Notes under the pieces: model-generated | What the model was told of the DNA's origin: nothing | Databases searched by the model: none | The model's input: only the letters and a program-made list of their open reading frames with translations | NCBI GenBank assembly: GCA_036743055.1 | Contig: DAINQE010000008.1 | Location: forward strand, 5,058 to 66,724 | Direction of reading: 5' to 3' | DNA from: Candidatus Sabulitectum sp. | Lineage (GTDB): Bacteria > Fermentibacterota > Fermentibacteria > Fermentibacterales > JCC-6 | DNA: 61,667 nt | Shown: positions 7,866-17,207 of the stretch, one piece after another | How positions within the stretch are numbered: position 1 is the first letter of the stretch | Layout: each line of letters begins with the position of its first letter | Made by a program: the position numbers and the translations under genes

Positions 7866-9313
7866 TGAAGGGCACCCCCCTGCACCTTGATTCCCGAGTC
7901 CGTTATCAGGAACGGGTGGATAGCCGATGAATGGTTCCTGCCCCTGGACTTCAGTATGCCCATCTCCCTGATGTACTCTCCCCCTGATTCCTCGTTCCTG
8001 AGGATGATGGCGGTGTCGATAACCGAGGAGAGGTCCATTCCGGAGATCTCGCTTCCATAATCCCTGGTGGATGCCAGGTTCGTGAGGAGTGAAGTGATCC
8101 CCCTCTGCTTGCAGTGGTTGATCAGCCTGAGCATGTAGTCGAAGGCGGCGTGTTTCGAGCCCATCCTCCTGCAGGCGGAGATGGCGTCCACCACCAGGTG
8201 GTGAGGTTCGAACTCCTTGATCGCCATGAAGGCCTGGATCAGATGCTCCTCAACCCCCTGGGCCTCGGGCATGATGGAGAGGAACTTCATCAGTTCTGCA
8301 TCCATGGCCGGTTCCAGTTTCAATCCCGGACTGCTCATGCAGGAAAGAAGGGCATCCCATGACTCCTCGAAATCGATGTAGAGCACCTTCTCCCCCTGAG
8401 ATGTAATCCTCTCCACGAAGGAGCACACGAAGGTTGTCTTACCTGTGCCCGAACCCCCGGTGAACAGTGTGCAGGAGCCACGTCTGTACCCTCCGCCCAT
8501 GAGTTCGTCCATCCCGGCAACTCCCGTGGGAAGGCTTTCACCAAGGGCTTTCTGCTGGAGGGATGTCTGCGTCACCGGTATTATCCACACACCGTGCCGG
8601 GTGATACCGAAGGGATACTCGTTCCTGCCGTACGAAGATCCCCTGTACTTGATCACCCTCAAACGCCTTGTGGTTATCTGTTCCTGAACACGCTGATCGA
8701 GGTGAACCACGCAGTCGGCCATGTAGTCAAGGAAGTCGTAGTACGAATCCCCCCCGTTATGGGCGCTTCGCTTCACCGTCATGATGGAGGTCAGCTCCCG
8801 GTCCACCAGCCATTCATGGAGGATCCTGAGCTCCGCCCGTTCAGAAGCCCTGTCGCTGAGAAGGCCCAGGAAAGCATCAGGGGCGTCTATGAGTACAAGC
8901 TTCCCTCCCAGTCTGTCCAGGGTGCTTGAAAGAATCGCGGTAATACCCTTCAGGTCGAAGTCGCCTGCGAGGATGGCCTGGGGGTCGATCCTGGCGCCGA
9001 TGATCCTGAAAAGGTTCTCCTTCTCCAGGGAGGCAAGGTCGAGGCCTATTCCCGCCGCGTACCTGCGCAGTGCCGATTCCCTTTCCTCGAAGGTAAGAAG
9101 GACGCAGGGGGTTCCCGCACCGGCGGCCCTGGCCAGGAGTTCAAGACCGATCATGGTCTTTCCCGTTCCAGGCCCGCCGCTGAGAAGTGTAAGGGAACCC
9201 AGGGGGATCCCGCCGTTGAGGACCTCGTCGAGTCCGGGGATCCCAGTTGGCAGTTTATCCACCGAAGAACTTCGGCATAGGGTGTTATCCGCGTCCGGCA
9301 TGCTCACCTCCAT
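7862..9313 (-). CDS. kaiC: Circadian clock protein KaiC homolog (double RecA-like ATPase)
   Basis: Two Walker A motifs (GGPGTGKT, GGSGTGKT) and catalytic EE pairs (TFEERE, DFEESW). N-terminal LPTGIPGLDEVLNGGIP; the phosphosite region LSSVIDTAIIL aligns with ISTITDTIILL. An alternative ATG lies at 9301. Confidence 0.93.
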   Translation of the reverse strand: MEVSMPDADNTLCRSSSVDKLPTGIPGLDEVLNGGIPLGSLTLLSGGPGTGKTMIGLELLARAAGAGTPCVLLTFEERESALRRYAAGIGLDLASLEKENLFRIIGARIDPQAILAGDFDLKGITAILSSTLDRLGGKLVLIDAPDAFLGLLSDRASERAELRILHEWLVDRELTSIMTVKRSAHNGGDSYYDFLDYMADCVVHLDQRVQEQITTRRLRVIKYRGSSYGRNEYPFGITRHGVWIIPVTQTSLQQKALGESLPTGVAGMDELMGGGYRRGSCTLFTGGSGTGKTTFVCSFVERITSQGEKVLYIDFEESWDALLSCMSSPGLKLEPAMDAELMKFLSIMPEAQGVEEHLIQAFMAIKEFEPHHLVVDAISACRRMGSKHAAFDYMLRLINHCKQRGITSLLTNLASTRDYGSEISGMDLSSVIDTAIILRNEESGGEYIREMGILKSRGRNHSSAIHPFLITDSGIKVQGGALQ

Positions 9314-9452
9314 GGTTCACAGTCGGGCGAATAGAAGGCAGGCAGGGTATCGCCCTCTTATGCTCTTTACCAACAAAACTATATAACAGAGGATTGAGCG
9401 CTCGCCAATCCCGGGTTTTGACACTTGATTGGCCGTGAATCATCTTCCGGGA

Positions 9453-10802
9453 ATGGAACACAGGATTCGAAAACTTAACGCCGCGCCGGAGGTCCGGGGA
9501 AGCTGCGTAATTTACTGGATGCAGCACGCCAGACGGGCTTCCTGGAACCACGCCCTGGAGTTCGCAGCATCCCTGGCTGAAAGGGCGAGGGTTCCCCTGT
9601 ATGTATTCTTCGCAGTAACCGACACATTCCCCTCGGCGAACCTGAGACACTTCTCGTTCATGCTTCAGGGGCTGGGGGAAACCGCAGCCATTCTCAGGGA
9701 GAGGGGCGCCGGTTTCATACTCAGGAAGGTGAATCCCGCCGAGGGTGCGGTGGAGCTTGCGGAAAGGCTCAGGGCCGGAGCACTGGTCACCGACTGCGGC
9801 CACCTTGCAGTTCATCGTAAGTGGAGAAGGAGCGCCGCAATGTCCCTTGAAATACCCATGTTCCAGGTGGAGACTGACATGGTGGTCCCGGCATGGGTGG
9901 CTTCAGACCGGGAGGAAGCAGCGGCATGGACCCTCAGAAGAAAGCTGCAGGGGCATATCAGCTGGTTCCTGAAAGAGCCGGAGACCATATCCCTGCCGGT
10001 GGACATGTCTTCCCATTCGGAGGAAACCCTTGATCCAGGCGACCTTAACGGCATACTACGCCTTCTGGATATCGACAGGTCCGTTCGGCCATCCCCTGTG
10101 TTCCAGGGAGGCCCGTCGGAAGCGATGGCCAGATGGACATCCTTCATGGAGAAAGGACTCTCGGACTATACCCGCAACGCCAGGAATCCCGGAATCCGCG
10201 GCACATCAATGATGAGCATGTACCTGCATTTCGGTCATGTATCCCCGGTGATGATGGCCGCAGACGCCCTCCGCCAGGGAGCTGCCGAGTTCTTTGAACA
10301 GCTGGTGGTGAGGAGGGAGCTGGCGATCAACTTCACCGAGTACGACCTGAACTACTCAAACCCCCGTTCCATGCCTGAGTGGGCCGCCATAACACTCCAT
10401 GAGCACAGGAATGACCCCAGGGAAGCCATCTATGACCTGGAGACCCTGGAACGGGCCGGAACCGGCGACGAATACTGGAACGCCGCCCAGAGGGAGATGG
10501 TGGAAACCGGCCACATGCACGGCTACATGAGGATGTACTGGGGAAAGAAGGTCCTCCAGTGGACCGAAAGCCCGGAAACCGCTTGGAAATACCTTGTGCA
10601 CCTCAACGACAGATACCAGCTGGACGGCAGGGATCCCAACGGCTACGCCGGCATAGCCTGGTGCTTCGGAAAGCACGACAGGCCCTTCGGGACATTTCCA
10701 GTTACAGGGAACATCAGACGCCTTGGGTCTTCGATGGAAAGAATGCGACGTCAGAGGTCTTCGAAGTACAACGGTTATCTGAGGAGGCTTTCCGGCTCCT
10801 GA
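9453..10802 (+). CDS. phr: Deoxyribodipyrimidine photo-lyase, class II
   Basis: VIYWMQHARRASWNHALEFA, LVTDCGHL, VETDMVVPAW and a C-terminal FAD-binding region (MYWGKKVLQW...LNDRYQLDGRDPNGYAGIAWCFG) match class II CPD photolyases. Start placed at the first ATG; the TTG at 9429 is possible. Confidence 0.9.
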   Translation: MEHRIRKLNAAPEVRGSCVIYWMQHARRASWNHALEFAASLAERARVPLYVFFAVTDTFPSANLRHFSFMLQGLGETAAILRERGAGFILRKVNPAEGAVELAERLRAGALVTDCGHLAVHRKWRRSAAMSLEIPMFQVETDMVVPAWVASDREEAAAWTLRRKLQGHISWFLKEPETISLPVDMSSHSEETLDPGDLNGILRLLDIDRSVRPSPVFQGGPSEAMARWTSFMEKGLSDYTRNARNPGIRGTSMMSMYLHFGHVSPVMMAADALRQGAAEFFEQLVVRRELAINFTEYDLNYSNPRSMPEWAAITLHEHRNDPREAIYDLETLERAGTGDEYWNAAQREMVETGHMHGYMRMYWGKKVLQWTESPETAWKYLVHLNDRYQLDGRDPNGYAGIAWCFGKHDRPFGTFPVTGNIRRLGSSMERMRRQRSSKYNGYLRRLSGS

Positions 10803-10831
10803 GATCAGTTCAGAAAAGAAAGAGGGATACT

Positions 10832-12220
10832 ATGAGAGAGGTCCTTGTGATAATGCTCTGTGCCGCGGCCCTTGCGTCGGGTTCCCCGGTCTCCATGGGA
10901 ACCGCAGGGGAGAAGGCTTCATCCATCCTGCCGAACGGATGGGCCCTCGATCCGGGTGAAGCAATTGCGGAAGGCGGAACCATCCTGGGCTATGCTTTCC
11001 AGCTGGAACCCTGCGGATATGTGATAACCTCTGCGGATACCGGGATCGAGCCGGTACTGGCCTACTCCTTTCAGGATCCACTCCTCTCAGCTGATGGGTC
11101 TTCCCCCATGCTGGAACTTGCGGAAAGGGACCTTGCGGCGAGGATGCAGGCACTGGAATTTACCCCGGCGGTCACCAGGACAGGGAATGAACTTGCCTGG
11201 GCCCGCAGGGATGACCCTACCCCCGAGCAGTGGCCCCCTGATGGCTCCACACCCACAGGTGGGTGGCTGGAAGAGAACTGGACCCAGAACGCCCCCTACA
11301 ACCAGTTCTGCCCCATGGACCTAATAGCCGGCAGCAGAAGCCTGGCTGGATGCCCGGCGGTTGCCATGGGAGCCATACTGAACTTCCACAGGGAGACCAA
11401 CGGAACAAGGTTCGACGACGGTGACGACTACTACCACAACTACCACGAATACTACTGGATAGACGACGCAGCAGCTGAACGGGACTTTCCCGCCTGGCCG
11501 GAGCTGAACACCCTGCTTGATACCCTGGAAAGCCACTACGCCCAGGGCATCCTTACCCAGTCGGACAGAGGGGCTGTTGTGTACGCCAGCGGTGCTGCGT
11601 GCAAACAGGTCTACACCGCTTCCGTCTCCGGCACCTTCGGTGTGAACCAGGCGTATGACGCCTATCTAAGGTTCGGCTTCGACTCATGCGAACTCCTTGG
11701 TGAGGAGGCGGACAGCCTGCAGGAGAGAATGGCCTGGAACATGATGAACGCCCTTCCAGCTCACCTTGCGATAATCGACGAAGGCCCCCAGTACGGCCAT
11801 AACGTGGTCATGGACGGCTACAACACCGACGGATACTTCCACTTGAACTTCGGCTGGGGCGGCTCCAGCAACGGCTGGTACAGCTTTCCCCTCACAGGCA
11901 TGCCCTATGGCATGAACATCATCGAGGGAATAGTTCTGGACATCGGTCTGCCGGCCCAGTCAGCTGAAGACCCTGATGGATGTGAAAGTCTTTCAGTGGC
12001 CGTGTCCAGCAACCCTGCGGGTGCGTGGCTCGAAGCCAGGATTTCCGGCGCGGAAGAGGCTGTTGTTACAGCAATCGACGGCAGGGTCATGGGCAGGGTG
12101 GAAGTGCCAGCCTCCGGCGTCCTGAGCATCCCGGCGGGGGACTGGCCGGCGGGGGTATACATTCTGACAGCAACGAGCGGAACCGCCACCACAAGCTCCA
12201 TGTTCACGGTACTCAGGTAG
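10832..12220 (+). CDS. Peptidase C10 (streptopain-like) with T9SS-type C-terminal sorting domain
   Basis: Signal peptide MREVLVIMLCAAALASG, catalytic Cys context AGCPAVAMGAILNFH, His context GHNVVMDGYN...HLNFGWGG, and C-terminal tail ...GVYILTATSGTATTSSMFTVLR. The track ORF was trimmed, since its 5' part overlaps phr. Confidence 0.8.
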   Translation: MREVLVIMLCAAALASGSPVSMGTAGEKASSILPNGWALDPGEAIAEGGTILGYAFQLEPCGYVITSADTGIEPVLAYSFQDPLLSADGSSPMLELAERDLAARMQALEFTPAVTRTGNELAWARRDDPTPEQWPPDGSTPTGGWLEENWTQNAPYNQFCPMDLIAGSRSLAGCPAVAMGAILNFHRETNGTRFDDGDDYYHNYHEYYWIDDAAAERDFPAWPELNTLLDTLESHYAQGILTQSDRGAVVYASGAACKQVYTASVSGTFGVNQAYDAYLRFGFDSCELLGEEADSLQERMAWNMMNALPAHLAIIDEGPQYGHNVVMDGYNTDGYFHLNFGWGGSSNGWYSFPLTGMPYGMNIIEGIVLDIGLPAQSAEDPDGCESLSVAVSSNPAGAWLEARISGAEEAVVTAIDGRVMGRVEVPASGVLSIPAGDWPAGVYILTATSGTATTSSMFTVLR

Positions 12221-12222
12221 AG

Positions 12223-12256
12223 AAAAGGCCTGCTCCCGGCGGGGAGCAGGCGCTTT
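12223..12256. terminator. Bidirectional hairpin terminator between convergent genes
   Basis: GCCTGCTCCC-GGCG-GGGAGCAGGC (10-bp perfect stem) flanked by AGAAAA upstream and GCTTTA downstream. Confidence 0.6.
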
Positions 12257-12269
12257 AATCGCTCTATTA

Positions 12270-13895
12270 CTAACCCAGGAACGGGTAGGTGTAGTCCAGG
12301 GGCGGGTTGAAGTTCTCCTTCACCGTTCTTCCGGTAACCCAGCGGAGCAGGTTCAGGTGGCTACCAGCCTTGTCGTTTGTTCCGGAACCCCTTCCGCCGC
12401 CGAAGGGCTGCTGCCCCACCACGGCTCCTGTGGGCTTGTCGTTTATGTAGAAATTCCCGGCTGCGTGGCTCAGCTTGTCCATGGCCTGCACTATCTCCCT
12501 GCGGTCCCTTGCGAACACAGCGCCTGTGAGGGCGTAGGGGGATGTGGAGTCCAGTATCTCCAGCGTTTCGATCACCTTTGAGTCGTCGTAGACGAAAACG
12601 GTGAGCACAGGACCGAAGAGTTCGGTCTCCATCAGCTCGTGCCTGGGATCGTCAACCCTGATCACCGTGGGTTCGATGAACCACCCCTTCGACTTGTCGA
12701 AGCCGCCCCCGCAGACGATCTCGCAGGCAGAGGACTCTGCGGCCCTGGAGACGAAGGGTGTGATGGTGTCGAAGGCCTTCTCGTCGATTACGGCATTCAC
12801 GAAGTTGCCGAAGTCTCGCACATCGCCCATTTTCATGGTGCCCACCATTTCGGCCAGCTGATCGCGGACCTCAGGCCAGATGCTCTTTGGCACATAGGCC
12901 CTGGAGGCGGCGCTGCACTTCTGCCCCTGGTACTCGAAAGCACCTCTTGCAAGGGCAACCGCCACTGCGGTGACCTCCGCGGAAGGGTAGGCGAAAACGA
13001 AGTCCTTCCCGCCGGTTTCCCCGACGAGCCTGGGGTATGAAACGTAGTTCTCCAGGTTCTGGGCGGTGTGCTTCCAGAGCCAGTTGAAGGTGCCCGTGGA
13101 ACCGGTGAAGTGTATTCCGGCCATGTACTTATTCGCTGTCACCGTGTTTCCGATAAGGCTTCCGGAGGCGGGAACGAAGTTGACCACGCCGTCGGGAAGG
13201 CCGGCTTCCCTGAGCAGCTCCATCACGTACCAGTTGGAGAGCACAGAGGTGGTGGCGGGTTTCCACACCGAGGTGTTGCCCATGAGCGCCGGCGCCGTGG
13301 GAAGGTTAGCGGCGATGGAGGTAAAGTTGAAGGGAGTAACCGCGAAGACGAAACCCTCAAGGGGCCTGTATTCCAGCCTGTTGAGCTGATCGTGACCTGA
13401 AGAGGGCTGGTCACGGTAAAGGTCGGAGGCGAAGGCGGCGTTCATCCTGAAGAAGTCTATGGCCTCTGCCGCTGCGTCTATCTCAGCCTGATATGGGTTC
13501 TTGCTCTGACCCAGCATGGTGGCGGCGTTGATCCTTGCACGGTACCTGGTGGCCAGCAGCTCACCGGCTTTGAGGAAAACGGAGGCCCTTTCCAGCCAGG
13601 GCATCCTCATCCAGTCCTTCTGGGCCTTCACGGCGGCGTCGCAGGCTGCGTTGATCTCCGCCTCTCCCGCCTTGTGGAAACGGGCCAGTACGTGGCCGTG
13701 ATCGTGGGGCATGGTCACCTCGGCCACATCCCCGGTTCTTACCTCTTTCCCGCCGATGAAGGCGGGTATGTCGATTACCTGCCCGGCCTGACGGTCCAGC
13801 TCCCGGGTGAGCTCTTCACGCTCGGGTGAACCGGGTGCGTAGGAAAGCACCTTTTCGTTGGCCGGCTTCTCGATGGAGAAGTTCATGTTGTTCAT
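12270..13895 (-). CDS. pruA: L-glutamate gamma-semialdehyde (1-pyrroline-5-carboxylate) dehydrogenase
   Basis: 541 aa aldehyde dehydrogenase with ETGGKD and EYQGQKCSAASR catalytic motifs. The N-terminus (...VLSYAPGSPEREEL...) is typical of single-domain P5CDH. Confidence 0.9.
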   Translation of the reverse strand: MNNMNFSIEKPANEKVLSYAPGSPEREELTRELDRQAGQVIDIPAFIGGKEVRTGDVAEVTMPHDHGHVLARFHKAGEAEINAACDAAVKAQKDWMRMPWLERASVFLKAGELLATRYRARINAATMLGQSKNPYQAEIDAAAEAIDFFRMNAAFASDLYRDQPSSGHDQLNRLEYRPLEGFVFAVTPFNFTSIAANLPTAPALMGNTSVWKPATTSVLSNWYVMELLREAGLPDGVVNFVPASGSLIGNTVTANKYMAGIHFTGSTGTFNWLWKHTAQNLENYVSYPRLVGETGGKDFVFAYPSAEVTAVAVALARGAFEYQGQKCSAASRAYVPKSIWPEVRDQLAEMVGTMKMGDVRDFGNFVNAVIDEKAFDTITPFVSRAAESSACEIVCGGGFDKSKGWFIEPTVIRVDDPRHELMETELFGPVLTVFVYDDSKVIETLEILDSTSPYALTGAVFARDRREIVQAMDKLSHAAGNFYINDKPTGAVVGQQPFGGGRGSGTNDKAGSHLNLLRWVTGRTVKENFNPPLDYTYPFLG

Positions 13896-13962
13896 GGTTA
13901 CCTCCGGAAATGACTTGTGGGAAACTGCTTGAATAATAATACACGGCCGCGCCCCGAGCCAG

Positions 13963-13989
13963 GAAAAACCCGCCCCCGGAGGGGCGGGT
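13963..13989 (-). terminator. Rho-independent terminator downstream of the S8 peptidase gene
   Basis: Minus strand reads ACCCGCCCC-TCCG-GGGGCGGGT followed by TTTTT. Confidence 0.7.
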
Positions 13990-14011
13990 CTTCAGAAATG
14001 CCGGCCGGCCG

Positions 14012-15778
14012 TTACCTTACCAGAGTCATTCTGGAAACGGATGTGCCGGCGGACGTGGAGGCGCGCACCAGGTAGATGCCGTTGCCCAGGTCGCCGGGAA
14101 CCTGCCACTGGAACATGTGGCTTCCGACCTGAAGCGATCCGGAGTGAACGGTGGAAACCGTTCTGCCGGAAACATCGTAGACGGACACTTCCGCCACGCC
14201 CTCAACCGGCATGTAAAGGGAGAAGGACGCGGTTGAGGCAACAGGGTTGGGGGATACCCGGGAGAGGGCAGTGGTGAACCCCTCCACAGAGGCGGAGGAA
14301 CCCTCCTGGGTGCCGGTGAGTTCAAGGGCCGCCAGCACCGCCTGGTATATGTCCACCCTTCCGGCACCGTAGTAGTTGTCCTTACCCGCAGCGCCCAGGT
14401 CAATGGAAGTCACTTCGAGGATGGAATCCATCTGGGCCACGGTGAGTTCCGGGTTGGCGCAGAGAAGGAGGGCCATGCAGCCGGCCAGGTGCGGGGTTGC
14501 CATGGAGGTTCCGCTCATGGTGGTGTATCCGTCGGGATCGGAGTAGTTGCAGCTGAGAATGTCAACGCCGGGACCTGATATATCGGGGTCGATCAGTCCG
14601 ATGTCCGGGGAGGTGTCGGGGTAGTCGTTCCAGGGAGCATCGTACATCCAGGTGGAGTAGCCCAGGCTGGAGAACGAGGCCAGGTTGTCGTTGGAATCCG
14701 TGGCTCCCACGGTAATAGTGGCAGTTAGACCACCAGTTGTGATCTGGTCCGGGTGGATCCAGGGGGGCGGGCAGTCGCCGGGGGTTCTTATATCTCCCCA
14801 GTCGCCGGGATTTCCGCCTTCGTTGCCTGCTGCAATGGAGTGGATCACTCCTGCGGCGAGAACATTCTCCTCGCCCTCTCTCCAGGTCTGTCTTGCGGGG
14901 TTCTGGTTCTGGGGCCAGCCAAGACTGGTGGAAATTACCTGGGCTCCGTTCTCAACGCTGAACTCGAAGGCATCCCAGACATCCTGCTCGTCGCCGAAGG
15001 TGGTTCCCACCCGAACGGCCATAAGTGTGGCCTGTGGAGCAACTCCGCAGACCGTCCCTGCATTGCCGTTGCTGCCCACGGATCCTGCACAGTGGGTTCC
15101 GTGACCGTTCTGGTCCATTGGGTCGCCGTCGCCGTCGGCGAAGTCCCAGCCATAATGGTAGCCGGCATCGGTGTCGTGCCACATCTGGTTGTGCAGATCT
15201 ATGTGGTTGTAGTTCACTCCGGTGTCAACGATGCTGACCAGGACTCCCTGGCCCTCGTAGCCCATGGCCCACACGTCCGGGGCGTTGATCTTGTCAACTC
15301 CCCAGGCGTTGGCAAGGAGAAGCTCGTCCCTTACTGGTTCCCTGATCTCCACGGGCTCGATGAGAATATCGGGGAAGGTCTTCAGGGCGATCCATTCAAC
15401 GTCTTCCCTGGCTGCTATCTCAGCGATGACTTCGGCGGTTGCGGCGCAGCCCACAACGCTTACTATCCAGTTGGTCCGTACCTCTTCCACGGAGCCTTCC
15501 GGGAAGGCGGCAAGGGCATCCAGCACCGGCTGCTGGGAAGTTTCGGCGAACTGCTTCATCACGGAGACGGCGAACTCCCTCCTCTGGGCGGAGTTCATGG
15601 AGGCGGCCACAGTGTTGATGTAGTCGAGGTCTGCCCTTCCAGAGGGTTTGATGAGAACGTGGATCAGCTCTCCGGGATCCGATGAAGCCATTTCGGAGCG
15701 GAGGAGATCCGTTACTGTTCCGGCATGCAGAGCCCCTGCCAGAAGCACAACACAGAGTATTGCTTTTACCATTAACAT
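14012..15778 (-). CDS. S8 (subtilisin-like) serine peptidase with T9SS-type C-terminal domain
   Basis: Catalytic triad contexts [32 protein letters not shown]. Signal peptide [19 protein letters not shown] (start trimmed to the ATG at 15778). Tail ...[22 protein letters not shown]. Confidence 0.9.
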   Translation of the reverse strand: MLMVKAILCVVLLAGALHAGTVTDLLRSEMASSDPGELIHVLIKPSGRADLDYINTVAASMNSAQRREFAVSVMKQFAETSQQPVLDALAAFPEGSVEEVRTNWIVSVVGCAATAEVIAEIAAREDVEWIALKTFPDILIEPVEIREPVRDELLLANAWGVDKINAPDVWAMGYEGQGVLVSIVDTGVNYNHIDLHNQMWHDTDAGYHYGWDFADGDGDPMDQNGHGTHCAGSVGSNGNAGTVCGVAPQATLMAVRVGTTFGDEQDVWDAFEFSVENGAQVISTSLGWPQNQNPARQTWREGEENVLAAGVIHSIAAGNEGGNPGDWGDIRTPGDCPPPWIHPDQITTGGLTATITVGATDSNDNLASFSSLGYSTWMYDAPWNDYPDTSPDIGLIDPDISGPGVDILSCNYSDPDGYTTMSGTSMATPHLAGCMALLLCANPELTVAQMDSILEVTSIDLGAAGKDNYYGAGRVDIYQAVLAALELTGTQEGSSASVEGFTTALSRVSPNPVASTASFSLYMPVEGVAEVSVYDVSGRTVSTVHSGSLQVGSHMFQWQVPGDLGNGIYLVRASTSAGTSVSRMTLVR

Positions 15779-15931
15779 TCCTTTCGGGTTTACGGGGAAA
15801 ACCAAGGCAACTGATGTGAATATGCGGAACCCGGCTAAAAAATCCAATGGCCTTCCATTGACCAGGTTACGATACCGTGGGTATGGTTCGTTTCAGGAAA
15901 AGGGACTATCACTCGGGAGGCCCCTGATACA

Positions 15932-17176
15932 GTGTCGATAACAGGCATTCTGCTGGAGTTCAGAGACACGGTGAGCGTTCACCCGGTCTTCGGCCTGGGG
16001 ATACTCCTCGTTGGAGCCTGGTTCCTGGGGTGGCTGGTGGAGAAGCGCGGTATTCCGGCTGTGTCGGGGTTCGTTCTGGCGGGAATGCTCCTGGGCCCCC
16101 AGGTTACAGGAATGGTCCACGGTGACCTCTACGCCAGGATGCAGCCCATAACCCAGATCGCCGTTGCAGTTATCGCAGTGGTCATAGGCAGCGAGTTCAG
16201 ACTGGCCCGTATGAGGAAGATAGGCCGGGCAATGGCTTCCATTACAGCGTCCCAGCTGGCGGTCACTTTCCTCCTCACCTCGGCGGCCCTTGCAGTCACC
16301 GGGCATCTGCCCCTGCACACGGCTGCTGTTCTGGGGGCAATAGCCACCGCCACTTCCCCCACCGCAACGGTGACCATTATCCGTGACCTGAATGCCAGAG
16401 GTCCCTTCATCGACCACCTCTACGGCGCTATCCCCCTGGATGACGCCGGATGCATAGTCCTTTTCGCTGTGGTAATGGCAATCGCGGCCGGATTCCTCCA
16501 GCCCGGTGAAGCATCCGTGGCCGAATCGGTACTCCACTTCGCTGAAGAGATGGGCGGTTCGCTTATTCTGGGGCTTCTCACCGGTCTGGCCCTCAGGAAG
16601 GGAGCTTCAGCAAAGTACAACATGAACTCCATATACATCGTAAGCCTGGGTCTTCTGTGCCTCATGGCGGCTCTCGCAGCGGCTTTCCACCTCTCGCCGC
16701 TCCTGGCGGGAATGGCCGCGGGAGCGGTGATGGCCAACTCCCCCAAGGGCGGGAGGAAGGTGGTGGAAGCCCTGGAGCTTCTTGCGCCGCCGCTTTACGC
16801 CGTTTTCTTCGCCATCGCCGGGGCCGAGCTGGAACCGGGGGTGCTCGGTGACCGCACCGTGCTGGCCGCAGGAGGCATCTACATTCTGGCCAGGGCAGCC
16901 GGCAAGTATTCTGGCGTCTGGCTGGGAGCGGCCCTCTCGGGAAGCGAGCCTGAGATACGGAGGTACCTGGGACTTGCCATGCTTCCCCACTCCGGGGTTA
17001 CCATCGGTCTCCTGCTCTACCTGCAGACCTCAGAATCCTTCGCCGCACACAGCGGGCATCTGGCCCCCCTTGTTGTGAGTGTGGTGCTCATGTCGGTGCT
17101 GGTGAACGAACTCCTGGGGCCTGTGCTGGCCAAGCTGGCCATCCAGAGGGCGGTAAAAGAGGAAGGGCGCCGCTGA
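15932..17176 (+). CDS. Cation:proton antiporter (CPA2 / Na+/H+ exchanger family)
   Basis: 414 aa polytopic membrane protein. N-terminus ...LLVGAWFLGWLVEKRGIPAVSGFVLAGMLLGPQV is the characteristic Kef/NapA-type start. GTG start after a GGGAGG RBS. Confidence 0.85.
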   Translation: MSITGILLEFRDTVSVHPVFGLGILLVGAWFLGWLVEKRGIPAVSGFVLAGMLLGPQVTGMVHGDLYARMQPITQIAVAVIAVVIGSEFRLARMRKIGRAMASITASQLAVTFLLTSAALAVTGHLPLHTAAVLGAIATATSPTATVTIIRDLNARGPFIDHLYGAIPLDDAGCIVLFAVVMAIAAGFLQPGEASVAESVLHFAEEMGGSLILGLLTGLALRKGASAKYNMNSIYIVSLGLLCLMAALAAAFHLSPLLAGMAAGAVMANSPKGGRKVVEALELLAPPLYAVFFAIAGAELEPGVLGDRTVLAAGGIYILARAAGKYSGVWLGAALSGSEPEIRRYLGLAMLPHSGVTIGLLLYLQTSESFAAHSGHLAPLVVSVVLMSVLVNELLGPVLAKLAIQRAVKEEGRR

Positions 17177-17207
17177 GGGCGCCCTTCGCGAAGTAACGGT
17201 ATCGGAT

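Noticed and set aside
10559-10831. 5' extension of the C10 peptidase ORF into phr
   Set aside because: The extension overlaps the phr 3' end in another frame and is Arg-rich. A good RBS plus signal peptide begins at 10832.
14753-15685. 310-aa ORF antisense to the S8 peptidase
   Set aside because: Shadow ORF. The peptidase catalytic triad motifs lie on the opposite strand.
17162-17187. GC-rich hairpin GAAGGGCGCC-N6-GGCGCCCTTC overlapping the antiporter stop codon, as a terminator
   Set aside because: No U-tract on either strand. It may still act between the convergent genes, but the evidence is too weak to annotate.
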